A stretch of 64,000 bases of DNA from Candidatus Latescibacterota bacterium (GTDB taxonomy: Bacteria; Latescibacterota; UBA2968): assembly GCA_965204745.1 (NCBI GenBank), contig OZ242010.1:132007-196006 (forward strand), written 5' to 3'. Positions 48,501-53,697 of the stretch are shown piece after piece. Numbering within the stretch: the first letter of the stretch is position 1; the number at the start of each line of letters is the position of its first letter. The notes beneath the pieces were generated by a model. That model made no database searches. It was not told where the DNA came from and saw only the letters and a list, made by a program, of their open reading frames with translations. The position numbers and the translations under genes are program-made.

Positions 48501-51370
48501 GTGGGAGTGACGATGCGGTCGGGGAATGCGGCGTTGTAGGGCCGGGTGTAGGTCAGGGTATCGACAGTGGGCCATATCCCTGGAGTGGGAAATATCTCTG
48601 GCCTCGGGAGGTCCACGACGCCATCGGCGTTTATGTCACTGCGAATGGCAGAGAGCTGATCGAGGTTGGTTATATCGATGTAACCGTCGTTATCCAGGTC
48701 GTAGTCAACAAAGCCGTCGTTGTCTATAATCGTCAAAGAGCCGGTCACGTTGCCCACGCCTTGGTCGTTGCTCACCCCAACAACCACGGACACTACGATA
48801 TCCGCGGTATTGACTGCGTTGTCCACGGCCGTGAGGATCACCGTGTCCGACGCGTTCGTCGTGTCCCCGGCCGCGATGGTGATCGTCGAATCCGCCCCCA
48901 CCGTGTAAGTATCCGCCACCGGGCGCACGGTGATCGTCGTGATCGCGCTCGATAGATGCGACAGGGTCGCCGTGACCGTGGAAACGCCGAGCGCCTCCGA
49001 AATCGTCGAGGGCGACATCGACAAGGTTATGTCCGGCGCGGCCTCATCGTCGGTGATCGTCAGCATCAGGGTAGCCGGGATCGTCGCCCCATTGTCGCTC
49101 TGCACAATTGTGGGCACGGTCACTCTGTTGTCCGGCGCATCGGTTATATTGTCCACGGCCGTGAGGATCACCGTGTCCGACGCGTTCGCGGTTTGTCCTG
49201 CCGCGATGGTGATCGTCGAATCCGTCCCCACGGTATAAGCCCCCGCCACCGGGCGCACCGTGATCGTCGTCGCCAGGGTCGATGCGCGAGACAGGGCCGC
49301 CGTGATCGTGGCAACACCGCCGTTCTCCGAAATCGTTGACGGGTTCGCCGCCAGCGTCACTGTCGGCGCGGCCTCATCGTCGGTGATCGTCAATGTCGCG
49401 TTCAATACCGACAATGTGTCGCTCGAAGCTGACCCCGAGACGGTCACGCGCCTGTGCCGCGCATCGGCGGTCGCGTTGTTCACCGCTGTGATCGTCACAA
49501 GTCCCGTGCTCGTCGTCGCATTCGCCGCGACAGTCAGCGTCTTCGCGGCCGATAGCGTGAAATCGCCCGCAACCGTAGGCGATACCCCTGTCGCAGCCAC
49601 CGTGATCGTCACTGCGTTGTTCACCGCTCTCGGCAATGTTGCCGTTACAGTCGTCCGATTGGTCGCACCGCTCTCGTCGATCGTCGAAGGCGCGAGTGTC
49701 AACCTCGCCACCGCAATCTGGGCGGCAAATTGCGCGGTGGTGTCCATGCCTGCATACTTCAAGACCGGATACTGATACGCCGTGCCAAAGGTCCACGGAT
49801 CATCGTCGCCGAGTTGCCCGTCGATGTCGATGTTCCAGTTTTCGTAGATGCCGGTGTATGTCGTAACGGATACGAGATCGCTGGTGATATAGCCGGTGCC
49901 GACAGCACTGGTGTCTTGTCCACTGGTCAAAGTGTCCCAATAATTGTCGCGTGTGCTGGTGTTTCTCTTCAGCCCTACTAACCCGCCGACGCGGGAGGTT
50001 CCGGTGACCCGGCCGGTGGCGTAAGAGTTTATTACCCTACCTGGAGGATACCCTGTGGATGGCGAGTAAACAGCTCCGCCCAGCAAACCGCCGACACCGA
50101 TGTGACCGCTGACAGATGCAGTGGAGTAGCTCGTAGAGATAATTCCTAAGGATTCGCCGACTAATCCACCTGCATAATGTGAGTAGCGAGAATTTAAGGC
50201 CCTGACCGTGCCTGTGGTGTAGCAGGCGACAATTTCGCCAGCAGTGTAAGCGGCCAGAATGCCTGCACCACCTAAGGTTGTGATATTGGCGTTGGTTATG
50301 CCCAGGGTTTCGACGCGGGATCCGGGGCCAAGCTGGTAAAACAGACCTGCATACGCGCTGCCATCCCGATAGAGACGGAGGTCGCTGAATAGGTTGTTTA
50401 TGGTGTGACTGTTGCCCTTGAAGTTGCCTGTGAGGCTGTAGGGTAGCCAGCCAGCGCCGTTGTTCCAGTATTTGCCGCTGTGGTCGTTGGCATCTACATC
50501 GCCATCGCCGTCGCTGTCGAAGTCGAGGCTTGCGGTGAGTTCGTAGCCGACGCATCCGGAAGTGGGGCAGCCCATGAGTCCAACGGAAGCGTTAGCAGTG
50601 GCGATGCGGTTGGGGAATGCGGCGTTGTAGGCGGCACCCTCCCGCAGATTTGTCGCGACGGAGATGGAATCGAGCCATCCCTGAGTAAAAGGGCGACTTC
50701 CCGCAGCGCGCCATGCCGCGATGCTGACCGCTAAGGCAAGGGAATCGGCGACCGAATGGGCTCTATCCCGGGCGCCATCGGTGTCCATGTCATAGCGAAT
50801 GGCATTGAGCTGATCGAGGTTGGCTACATCGATGTAACCGTCGTTATCGAAGTCGTAGTCAACCTCATCGTCGGTGATCGTCAGGGTCACGGCAGACGGG
50901 GCCAATGCCCCATTGCCACCCGCCGCCGTTGCAGACACGGTCACGCGCTTGCTCGGCACCTGGGTCCTATCGTCCACCGCCGTGATCGTCACGATCCCCG
51001 TGCTCGTCGTCGCATTCGCCGCTATCGTCAGCGTGGTCGCGGCCGATAGCGTGAAATCGCCCGCAACCGCAGGCGATACAGCCGTAGCTGAAACCGTGAT
51101 CGTCGTCGCCTCGGTCGCAGTGCGATCCAGCGTTGCCGTGATCGTGGAAACCCCGCCGTTCTCCGAAATCGACGACGGAGACAAAACCAACGTCACCTGG
51201 GCGTTTTGGGCAAAAGCCGACCCCGATGCCATCAGCAAAACCAGCACGATATAGAACCACACCCCAAGAAGGGGATGGCCGCCATGAACCCCGGTTTTCG
51301 CGGGAGGACAAGCGGTGGGAACCGAGGGCCTAAATGGGTTCAAACAGCGTCTGAAAATTTCGGCAATCAT
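30554..51370 (-). CDS. Giant secreted multi-domain protein (6,938 aa). N-terminal: 3 GLUG-motif modules interleaved with Calx-beta. Middle: ~45 Calx-beta-like domains in ABC triplet super-repeats. C-terminal: (PE)13 linker, 4 He_PIG/cadherin-like domains, and a type-I dockerin.
   Basis: Single uninterrupted ORF. The hydrophobic leader is WFYIVLVLLMASGSAFAQ. Calx-beta consensus: ISENGGVSTITATL...TITVSA.AVSPAVAGDFTLS...TLTIAA..TTSTG.VTITAVDN. GLUG: GGLVGE/GGLLGG. C-terminal DFNGDGVVNFADFSNFVVKY...YDLNGDGQIDYDDFRIFAAIYG. The exact start codon is uncertain because there is no SD at 51370. Confidence 0.85.
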   Translation of the reverse strand: MIAEIFRRCLNPFRPSVPTACPPAKTGVHGGHPLLGVWFYIVLVLLMASGSAFAQNAQVTLVLSPSSISENGGVSTITATLDRTATEATTITVSATAVSPAVAGDFTLSAATTLTIAANATTSTGIVTITAVDDRTQVPSKRVTVSATAAGGNGALAPSAVTLTITDDEVDYDFDNDGYIDVANLDQLNAIRYDMDTDGARDRAHSVADSLALAVSIAAWRAAGSRPFTQGWLDSISVATNLREGAAYNAAFPNRIATANASVGLMGCPTSGCVGYELTASLDFDSDGDGDVDANDHSGKYWNNGAGWLPYSLTGNFKGNSHTINNLFSDLRLYRDGSAYAGLFYQLGPGSRVETLGITNANITTLGGAGILAAYTAGEIVACYTTGTVRALNSRYSHYAGGLVGESLGIISTSYSTASVSGHIGVGGLLGGAVYSPSTGYPPGRVINSYATGRVTGTSRVGGLVGLKRNTSTRDNYWDTLTSGQDTSAVGTGYITSDLVSVTTYTGIYENWNIDIDGQLGDDDPWTFGTAYQYPVLKYAGMDTTAQFAAQIAVARLTLAPSTIDESGATNRTTVTATLPRAVNNAVTITVAATGVSPTVAGDFTLSAAKTLTVAANATTSTGLVTITAVNNATADARHRRVTVSGSASSDTLSVLNATLTITDDEAAPTVTLAANPSTISENGGVATITAALSRASTLATTITVRPVAGAYTVGTDSTITIAAGQTANASDTVILTAVDNITDAPDNRVTVPTIVQSDNGATIPATLMLTITDDEAAPDITLSMSPSTISEALGVSTVTATLSHLSSAITTITVRPVADTYTVGADSTITIAAGDTTNASDTVILTAVDNAVNTADIVVSVVVGVSNDQGVGNVTGSLTIIDNDGFVDYDLDNDGYIDITNLDQLSAIRSDINADGVVDLPRPEIFPTPGIWPTVDTLTYTRPYNAAFPDRIVTPTSSVGPMGCPTSGCVGYELLNDLNFDSDGDSDVDADDHGGKYWDNGRGWRPIAGTSGAFYGDRYDYRYWVPGGDQGHQSGYLGYFKGNGHTIKNLFIKRTSTVGFSVSKLGLFYSLGIGSRVESLGIINANVTGGSYLGILAGILFKGTIVACYTHGTVSGQDFAPVGTPTPHFTPWGVNSHSIGGLVGFSFQGTIHASYSMANVSEVRDVGGLVGTAWQNTHISSSYANGIVTGGNAFGRIIRSERDQGAVLPAVGVGVGGAEEYPSVEASWAGGLVGNANDESTCYTYSGATFACGGVRATTNIANFSYWDMHSSGKGTSALGVGKTTHELRSITGYTGIYSNWNIDIDGQGGNDDPWHFGTASQYPVLKYADMDTDLQFNLQPRLVTLILTPRQIDESGTANQTTVTAALTKPLTSAVVVTVSATAVAPAVAGDFTLSTAKTLTIAANATTSTGTVTITAVDNAIDAPWKRVTVAATVSGANDITTSHAILTIADDESTPTVTMAVNPSSISENGGVATVTATLSGSSVAPTSITVRPVPGVYTVGATNSTITIAAGQTATTDTVIITAVDNMIHAPDNSRGVWVQVTNWHGINVVTAELTFTEDEDPPDVTMEVSPTSIAETGEVSTVTATLSRPSSAVTTITVRPVTGAYAVGMDSTIIIAAGQTANASDTVVITTVDNAITAGDKTVTVLSAVDNSAGTGTVTAATLTITDDDRPHATLVLSPSSISEAGGVSTITATLDRPATEATTITVSATAVPPAVSGDFTLSAATTLTIAASVTTSTGLVTITAANNMIQASDKRVTVSATVAGGNGAVARSTVTLMITENVIDYDEDNDGYIDVANLDQLNAIRYDLNGDGFVAPADTMNYNAYNAAFPNRFTAAAERMGCPSGRCVGYELTASLDFDSNGDGDVDATDHSGKYWDGGSGWLPIACCRTSNSYTGYFKGNGHTINNLFINRTIYGSGTNPNFLGLFFKLGAFSRVETLGITNANITGISHVGILAGQNHGTIVACYTTGRVAGFNPIEWRWPDPSPRGGYTIGGLVGRTDIRGKISTSYSTASVSGSRYVGGLVGRIFNSVIINSYAIGPVSSTDRVRAGNWRRWHGSGGFIGGLNQNTNDISNSYYDTETSGLSRAIGAVHSPDPDTSGVTSKTTAELVSVTGYTGIYENWNIDIDGQPGDDDPWHFGTVNQYPVLKYDGMDTTVQFDLQPEIVMLTLTPSTISENGGVSTVTARLTQSLDATTTITVRPVAEAYTVGMDSTIIIASGQTANASDTVVITAVDNNTASGDKRVTVFSAVDNSASTRTVALATLTIADDDVAQVMLVLSPASISEDGGVSTITATLDRPTTKATTITVSATAESPAVAGDFTLSTAKTLTVAANATASTGLVTITSVNNTTDAPDKRVTVSATVAVGNLASAPSAVTLMITDDDDPPTVALSLSPASISEASGVSTITATLSHESSEATTITVRPVAGAYTVGTDSTIVIAAGQTANTSDTVLITAVNNTTHAPDNDVTVNVVPRNAQGVGSVTAATLTITEDEAAPEVTIAVSPTSISENIAVSTVTATLNRPSSAATTITVSVTPVLPAVVGDYTLSTAKTLTVAAGETTSTGTVTITTVNNSVASGDKTVTVTGTPSNSVGVGSSVTAATLTIADDDVAQVTLVLSPTSISENAEVSTVTARLNRPATEATTITVSAEAVSPAVAGDFTLSATTTLTIAASVTTSTGTVTITSVNDTTDAPDKEVTVSGTATGGNMASAPSDVTLTITDDEAAPTVALLLSPASISEASGVSTITATLSHKSSEATTITVRSVPGAYTVGATDSMIVIAAGQTANAPDTVIITAVDNMIHAPNNSVTVSVVPRNDQGVGSSVTGTALTITEDEAASAVTIAVSPTSIAETGEVSTVTATLSRPSSAATTITVSVTPVSPAVGGDYTLSTAKTLTIAAGETTSTGTVTITTVDNSVASGDKTVTVTGTPTNSVGTGSVTAATLTIADDDVAQVTLILSPTSISENAKVSTVTATLNRPATTATTITVSAEAVSPAVAGDFTLSATTTLTIAASVTTSTGTVTITSVNDTTDAPDKRVTVSGTVAAGNLASAPDDVTLTITDDDAAPTVALTLSPASISEASGVSTITATLSHKSSEATTITVRSVPGAYTVGATDSTIVIAAGQTANATDTVIITAVDNTTHAPNNSVTVPVVPHNDQGVGSIVTGTALTITEDEAAPDVTIAVEPTSIAETGAVSTVTATLSRPSSAATTITVSVTPVLPAVVGDYTLSTDKTLTVAAGETTSTGSVTITTVNNNIASGDKTVTVTGTPTNSVGVGSSVTPATLTIADDDVAQVMLILSPASISENAEVSTVTATLDRPATEATTITVSAEAVSPAVAGNFTLSTATTLTIAASVTTSTGTVTITSVNDTTDAPDKRVTVSGTATGGNMASAPSAVTLTITDDEAAPTVALSLSPASISEASGVSTITATLSHESSAATTITVRSVPGAYTVGATDSTIVIAAGQTANATDTVLITAVDNMIHAPNNSVTVPVEVSNDQGVGSSVTGTALTITEDEDPPDVTMAVSPTSIAETGAVSTVTATLNRPSSAATTITVRSVPGAYTVGATDSTIVIAAEQTANTSDMVVITTVDNNIASGARMVTVTGTPSNSVGTGSVTAATLTITDDDMAQVTLVLSPTSISENAKVSTITATLNRPATTATTITVSAEAVSPAVAGDFTLSAATTLTIAANATASTGSVTITSVNDTTDAPDKRVTVSATVAAGNLASAPSDVTLTITDDEAAPTVALSLSPASISEASGVSTITATLSHKSSEATTITVSAEAVSPAVAGDFTLSTMKTLTFAAGETTSTGSVTITAVNNTTHAPNKRVTVSGAAGNAQGVGNVPDATLTITEDEAAPEVTMAVAPTSISENVAVSTVTATLNRPSSAATTITVSVTPVLPAVVGDYTLSTAKTLTIAAGETTSTGTVTITTVNNNIASGDKTVTVTGTPANSVGVGSSVTAATLTITDDDVAQVTLVLSPTSISENAKVSTVTATLNRPATEATTITVSAEAVSPAVAGDFTLSAAKTLTIAASETTSTGIVTITSVNNTTDAPDKRVTVSGTATGGNMASAPSDVTLTITDDDAAPTVALSLSPASISEASGISTITATLSHESSEATTITVRPVAGAYTVGATDSTIVIAAGQTANATDTVLITAVDNMIHAPNNSVTVSVVPRNDQGVGSSVTGTALTITEDEDPPDVTIAVSPTSISETVAVSTVTATLSRPSSAATTITVRSVPGAYTVGATDSTIVIAAGQTANATDTVLITTVDNAIASGARMVTVTGTPSNSVGTGSVTAATLTITDDDMAQVTLVLSPASISENAKVSTVTATLNRPATDATTITVSAEAVSPAVAGDFMLSTTKTLTIAANATASTGTVTITSVNDTTDAPNKRVTVSGTVAAGNLASAPSDVTLTITDDEAAPTVALTLSPASISEASGVSTITATLSHKSSEITTITVRSVPGAYTVGATDSTIVIAAGQTANATDTVLITAVDNTTHAPNNSVTVPVEVSNDQGVGSSVTGTALTITEDEDPPDVTMAVVPTSISENGAVSTVTATLNRPSSAATTITVRPVTGAYTVGMDSTIVIAAGQTANTSDTVVITTADNNIASGDRMATVTGTPSNSVGTGSVTAATLTITDDDVAKVTLVLSPASISENAKVSTVTATLNRPATTATTITVSAEAVSPAVAGDFTLSATTTLTIAASVTTSTGSVTITSVNDTTDAPNKRVTVSGTVAAGNLASAPSDVTLTITDDEAAPTVALSLSPASISEASGISTITATLSHKSSEATTITVSAEAVSPAVAGDFTLSNTKTLTFAAGETTSTGSVTITAVNNTTHAPNKRVTVSGAAGNAQGVGNVPDATLTISEDEAAPDVTMAVAPTSISENVAVSTVTATLNRPSSAATTITVSVTPVSPAVVGDYMLSTAKTLTVAAGQTTSTGSVTITTVNNNIASGDKTVTVTGTPTNSVGVGSSVTDATLTITDDDVAQATLVLSPTSISENAEVSTVTATLNRPATTATTITVSAEAVSPAVAGDFTLSAATTLTIAANATASTGTVTITSVNDTTDAPDKRVTVSGTAAGGNMASAPSDVTLMITDDDAAPTVALSLSPASISEASGISTITATLSHESSAATTITVSAEAVSPAVAGDFTLSTTKTLTFAAGETTSTGSVTITAVNNTTHAPNKRVTVSGVAGNAQGVGNVPDATLTITEDEAPPDVTMAVSPSSISENVAVSTVTATLNRPSSAATTITVRSVPGAYTVGATDSTIVIAAGQTANTSDTVIITTVDNNNASGDRMVSVTGTPSNSVGTGSVTDATLTITDDDVAQVTLVLSPTSISENGGVSTITATLDRPATDATTITVSAEAVSPAVAGDFTLSATTTLTIAASVTTSTGTVTITSVNDTTDAPNKRVTVSATVAVGNLASAPSDVTLTITDDDDAPTVALSLSPASISEASGVSTITATLSHKSSEATTITVRSVPGTYTVGATDSTIVIAAGQTANTSDTVLITAVDNTTHAPDNSVTVSVVPRNDQGVGSSVTGTALTITEDEAAPAVTIAVSPTSIAETGEVSTVTATLNRPSSAATTITVRSVPGAYTVGATDSTIVIAAGQTANASDMVVITTVDNNNASGDRMVTVTGTPSNSVGTGSVTDATLTITDDDVAQVTLVLSPASISENAKVSTVTATLNRPATTATTITVSAEAVSPAVAGDFTLSATTTLTIAASVTTSTGTVTITSVNDTTDAPNKRVTVSATVAAGNLASAPSDVTLTITDDDAAPTVALSLSPASISEASGVSTITATLSHKSSAATTITVSAEAVSPAVAGDFTLSTTKTLTVAAGETTSTGSVTITAVNNTTHARDKRVTVSGVAGNAQGAGNVTAATLTITEDEAAPDVTMAVSPSSISENIEVSTVTATLNRPSSAATTITVSVPTSSDYTLSTATTLTVSAGQTTSTGTVTITTVNNNIASGSKTVTVTGTPSNSVGVGSSVTPATLTITDDDVAQVMLVLSPSSISENGGVSTITATLDRTATAATTITVSALAVSPAVAGDFTLSATTTLTIAASVTTSTGTVTITAVNDTTDAPNKRVTVSATVAAGNLASLSSSEPLTITDDDDPPTVMLTPDPSSISENGAVSTITATLSHKSSAITTITVRSVPGAYTVGATDSTIAIAAGQTANTADTVIITSVDNNRDAPPRNVVVTGVARNDQGAGSVTGGSLTLTDDDVAPAVTMVVSPASISENGGVSTVTATLSHPSSEATTIAVSVPTSSDYTLSTATTLTVAAGQTTSTGIVTITTVNNNIASGSKTVTVTGTPSNSQGAGSVTSATLTITDDDVPQVTLVLSPVAITENGGVSTVTATLDRPATEATTITVSTEAESSVDDFTLSTTTTLTVAAGQTTSTGTVTITAVDNSFNEPDKRVTVSATVTGGNLASLASPVTLTIEEDDPPERPATPEPEPEPEPEPEPEPEPEPEPDTELTFTDAVDPQSYYQHRAIKPLTLPAAVLYGDETMRTLTYSLPDLPEGLTFDAETLTVSGTPLKAIKKAIYTLTATEEDGDEAGLSFFLTVIANPIPSFGDASVAAQAYMRKQEIESLTLPQATGGDKPLTYALTPDLPEGLSFDKKTRVLSGTPLEAIADTTYTLTATDRNGDEATLMFILSVMTDPIPTFGETTVAAQGYVQYQKIDPLTLPPATGGDKPLTYALLPDLPEGLTFDAETRIASGTPIKAMDETTYTLTATDGNGDEVHLLFTLEVQNWMPTFGDTTIDPQSYLVNQEIASLTLPQASNDDGMLVYILLPFLPEGLSFDPTTRTLSGLPTEAKAQATYTLSALEADGDTASLPFTLEVSLPSPDFNGDGVVNFADFSNFVVKYESRLGQKRYDALYDLNGDGQIDYDDFRIFAAIYGSTGETTAIGNWDLPP
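31888..31953. repeat. 6-bp tandem repeat (ggttct/ggctcg) encoding the (PE)13 linker
   Basis: Read directly. The + strand reading gives the GSGS... ORF 31872-32504. Confidence 0.8.
32900..44700. repeat. About 11.5 near-identical (~93-97%) tandem super-repeats of ~1,026 bp (three Calx-beta domains each) inside the giant gene
   Basis: The + strand antisense ORFs recur with a 1,011-1,035 bp period (33924, 34935, 35955, 36990, 37998, 39009, 40044, 41055, 42081, 43104, 44124). Their products are >90% identical. Confidence 0.85.
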
Positions 51371-51469
51371 TCTGAAGTCTCGAAAAATACAACGAGTTGC
51401 ACGGGCAGGGCTTTTGCCTGCGTGCGCGAAATAAAGATGGTGGAGGACAAAATAAGACTTTACGCCATT

Positions 51470-51960
51470 TCGTCAAAGCGTAAAGTGACGAGGGGATCGT
51501 CAAGGCAAGGGGGAATGGGACCTACCCCCTGGCCCCGTTACTCGCTACGCTTCGTTGTAGGCTACGCCTGTGCCTAAAAGGAAGGGGGAATGGCGATGGG
51601 TCTTCCGAGGGGAATGGCGAGAGGGGTTGCGAGGGATTGTGCGAGAGGGGTTTGGTTTTTCATGGCGTGATTCATTCGCTCAAAGCCATCAAAACAGCTA
51701 GGGAGACAAACCTTCAAGAAAGCCATACGCGCCCCCTTTCCTCGTAGACACAGGCGTAGCCTACAATGAGCGAAGCGAATAACGGGGGTCGGGGGGATAG
51801 GGCTATGGCGACAGGGCATGCGAAGGACACAGCGGAGTGGGAACGATGAAGCGGTGGTAGGGCGGTGTGGGGTAATCCGCGCAATCCGCGTAATCCGTTT
51901 AATCCGCGATTCAGACACGGTGGGGTGGAAAGGGCACGCACACGGCGGAGTTGCTCGCTG
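51470..51960. repeat. Mosaic repeat block R2. It is homologous to R1 at 23950-24360, and its first 90 bp are the reverse complement of 59090-59170.
   Basis: By-eye alignment. The repeated pseudo-ORF 'MAFLKVC(I/L)P(G/S)CFDGF' is seen in both. Confidence 0.7.
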
Positions 51961-51978
51961 ATCGCTCATCATGATAGC

Positions 51979-52007
51979 TTGACAGTTTGGCGTCATACTG
52001 GTATTGT
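51979..52007 (+). promoter_or_regulatory. Sigma-70-like promoter TTGACA-17-TATTGT upstream of the clpX-like gene
   Basis: ttgacagtttggcgtcatactggtattgt lies ~120 bp upstream of the start at 52129. Confidence 0.45.
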
Positions 52008-52128
52008 TTAGAGACTTACTCCCGCCCCCCTAATATCTCCGCTCCCCGCGTCGGAGAGCGACCGAGAGAGGGGTAGCTTTCTTACGTCTCACGTCTTACG
52101 CCTTTCATCTCACCACATTGGAGCTTTT

Positions 52129-53664
52129 ATGTCGAAAAAACAACCTTTCTCGCCGACGGATTTGCAAAAAGACCTCAAGGATTTCCTCGAGCAAAAATAC
52201 GGCAGTCAGGTGGTCGTGCAACAGGGAGAACCCGCCGGGATGAAGGAGGACCCGCCCGTGGAAGAGCCCGCAGAGGAGACCATTGATTTTGACCTCAAAC
52301 CCGAAGAACTGGAGGCGTATTTAGACGAGTATGTGGTCGAGCAGGGCGCGGCAAAAGAAGTGTTGGCAACCAAGATCTGCACGCATTACAACCGCATGAA
52401 ACTCGACCGCGAAGACCCGGAGTTTTCGCGCAAAAACGTGGGGCAGATCAAAAACAACATCCTCCTGATCGGGCCTACGGGTGTGGGCAAAACGTATTTG
52501 ATCAAGTTGATCGCGCAGCGCATTGGCGTGCCCTTTGTCAAGGGCGATGCGACCAAATTCAGCGAGACGGGATACGTGGGCGGCGATGTCGAAGACCTCA
52601 TTCGGGAACTGGTGCGCGAGGCCGATGGCAGCATTGCAAAGGCGCAATACGGGATTGTGTACATCGACGAAATCGACAAAATCGCGTCGTCCTCAAATCT
52701 GACCGGCCCGGATGTGTCGCGCACCGGCGTTCAGCGCAACTTGCTCAAGTTGATGGAAGAGACCGATGTCGATCTCAAAGCACCGCACGACCTCACGTCG
52801 CAGATGGAATCGATGATGCAATTTCAGCGCAGTGGCAAAGTGGAGCGGCAAAAAATCAACACGCGCAACATTTTGTTTATCGTCAGCGGCGCGTTCAGCG
52901 ATCTTGAGGACATCGTGCGAAAGCGGCTCAATTTGGGCAAGGTCGGGTTTCAATTTGAGCGCGAGATCGCCCAGGCACAGGAACGGGATCGGACCGCGCT
53001 TTTGCAAGAGGTCAAAACAGAAGACCTCATCGAATACGGGTTTGAGTCTGAATTTGTGGGCCGGTTGCCGGTCACGGCGATTTTGACATCCTTGAGCGTT
53101 GACGATCTCTACGCGATTTTGAAAAGCCCGACGAGTTCGGTGATCGTGGGCAAAAAACGCGATTTCAAAGCCTACGGCATCGATCTGAAATTTGACGACG
53201 ACGCGTTGCAGTTGCTGGCTGAACAAGCCGCGCTAGAACAAACCGGCGCGCGCAGTCTGGTCAGCGTTTGCGAACGCGCCTTGCTCAAATTTGAAAAATC
53301 CCTGCCCTCAACGGATATCGACGCCTTCCGCGTGACGAAAAGTGTGATCGAATCCCCCGAGCACGCACTTCGGCAATTGTTGGTCTTGCGGGACACGGGC
53401 GCGTTTGTCGACCGGTTTCGAGACGCTTACGGCATCGCGCTCACGTTCGACGATGCGGCCCTGCGAGAACTCGCGCAAAAAGCAAAGAGCGAACATCGCC
53501 CGGTTCACGAGATCTGCCAAGATATGTTCGACGACTACGGACACGGGCTGAAGTTGCTCGGACACGCGACATTTGAAATCCCCGCCGAAGCCACGCGCCG
53601 CCCCAAAGATTTTCTCAACAGTCTGGTCAAAGCATTTTACCAAGCGGATAGGGCAGAAAAATAA
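52129..53664 (+). CDS. ClpX-like AAA+ unfoldase lacking the N-terminal zinc-binding domain (acidic N-terminal extension instead)
   Basis: LIGPTGVGKTYLIKLIAQRIGVPFVKGDATKFSETGYVGGDVEDLI (Walker A plus GYVG pore loop), GIVYIDEIDKI (Walker B), VGF loop (LNLGKVGFQF) and sensor-2 GARSL. There is no C4 zinc finger at the N-terminus. Confidence 0.75.
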   Translation: MSKKQPFSPTDLQKDLKDFLEQKYGSQVVVQQGEPAGMKEDPPVEEPAEETIDFDLKPEELEAYLDEYVVEQGAAKEVLATKICTHYNRMKLDREDPEFSRKNVGQIKNNILLIGPTGVGKTYLIKLIAQRIGVPFVKGDATKFSETGYVGGDVEDLIRELVREADGSIAKAQYGIVYIDEIDKIASSSNLTGPDVSRTGVQRNLLKLMEETDVDLKAPHDLTSQMESMMQFQRSGKVERQKINTRNILFIVSGAFSDLEDIVRKRLNLGKVGFQFEREIAQAQERDRTALLQEVKTEDLIEYGFESEFVGRLPVTAILTSLSVDDLYAILKSPTSSVIVGKKRDFKAYGIDLKFDDDALQLLAEQAALEQTGARSLVSVCERALLKFEKSLPSTDIDAFRVTKSVIESPEHALRQLLVLRDTGAFVDRFRDAYGIALTFDDAALRELAQKAKSEHRPVHEICQDMFDDYGHGLKLLGHATFEIPAEATRRPKDFLNSLVKAFYQADRAEK

Positions 53665-53697
53665 CCCCGCCCCGCTTCCCTTCATCGGAAAATCGCG

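Noticed and set aside
31872-51254. Dozens of 70-260-aa + strand ORFs with 1-kb periodicity (e.g. 33924, 34935 ... 44124, 48269)
   Set aside because: They are the antisense frames of the giant minus-strand gene. Their periodicity simply mirrors the tandem super-repeats. The products are low-complexity (V/T/S/A-rich or R/H-rich).
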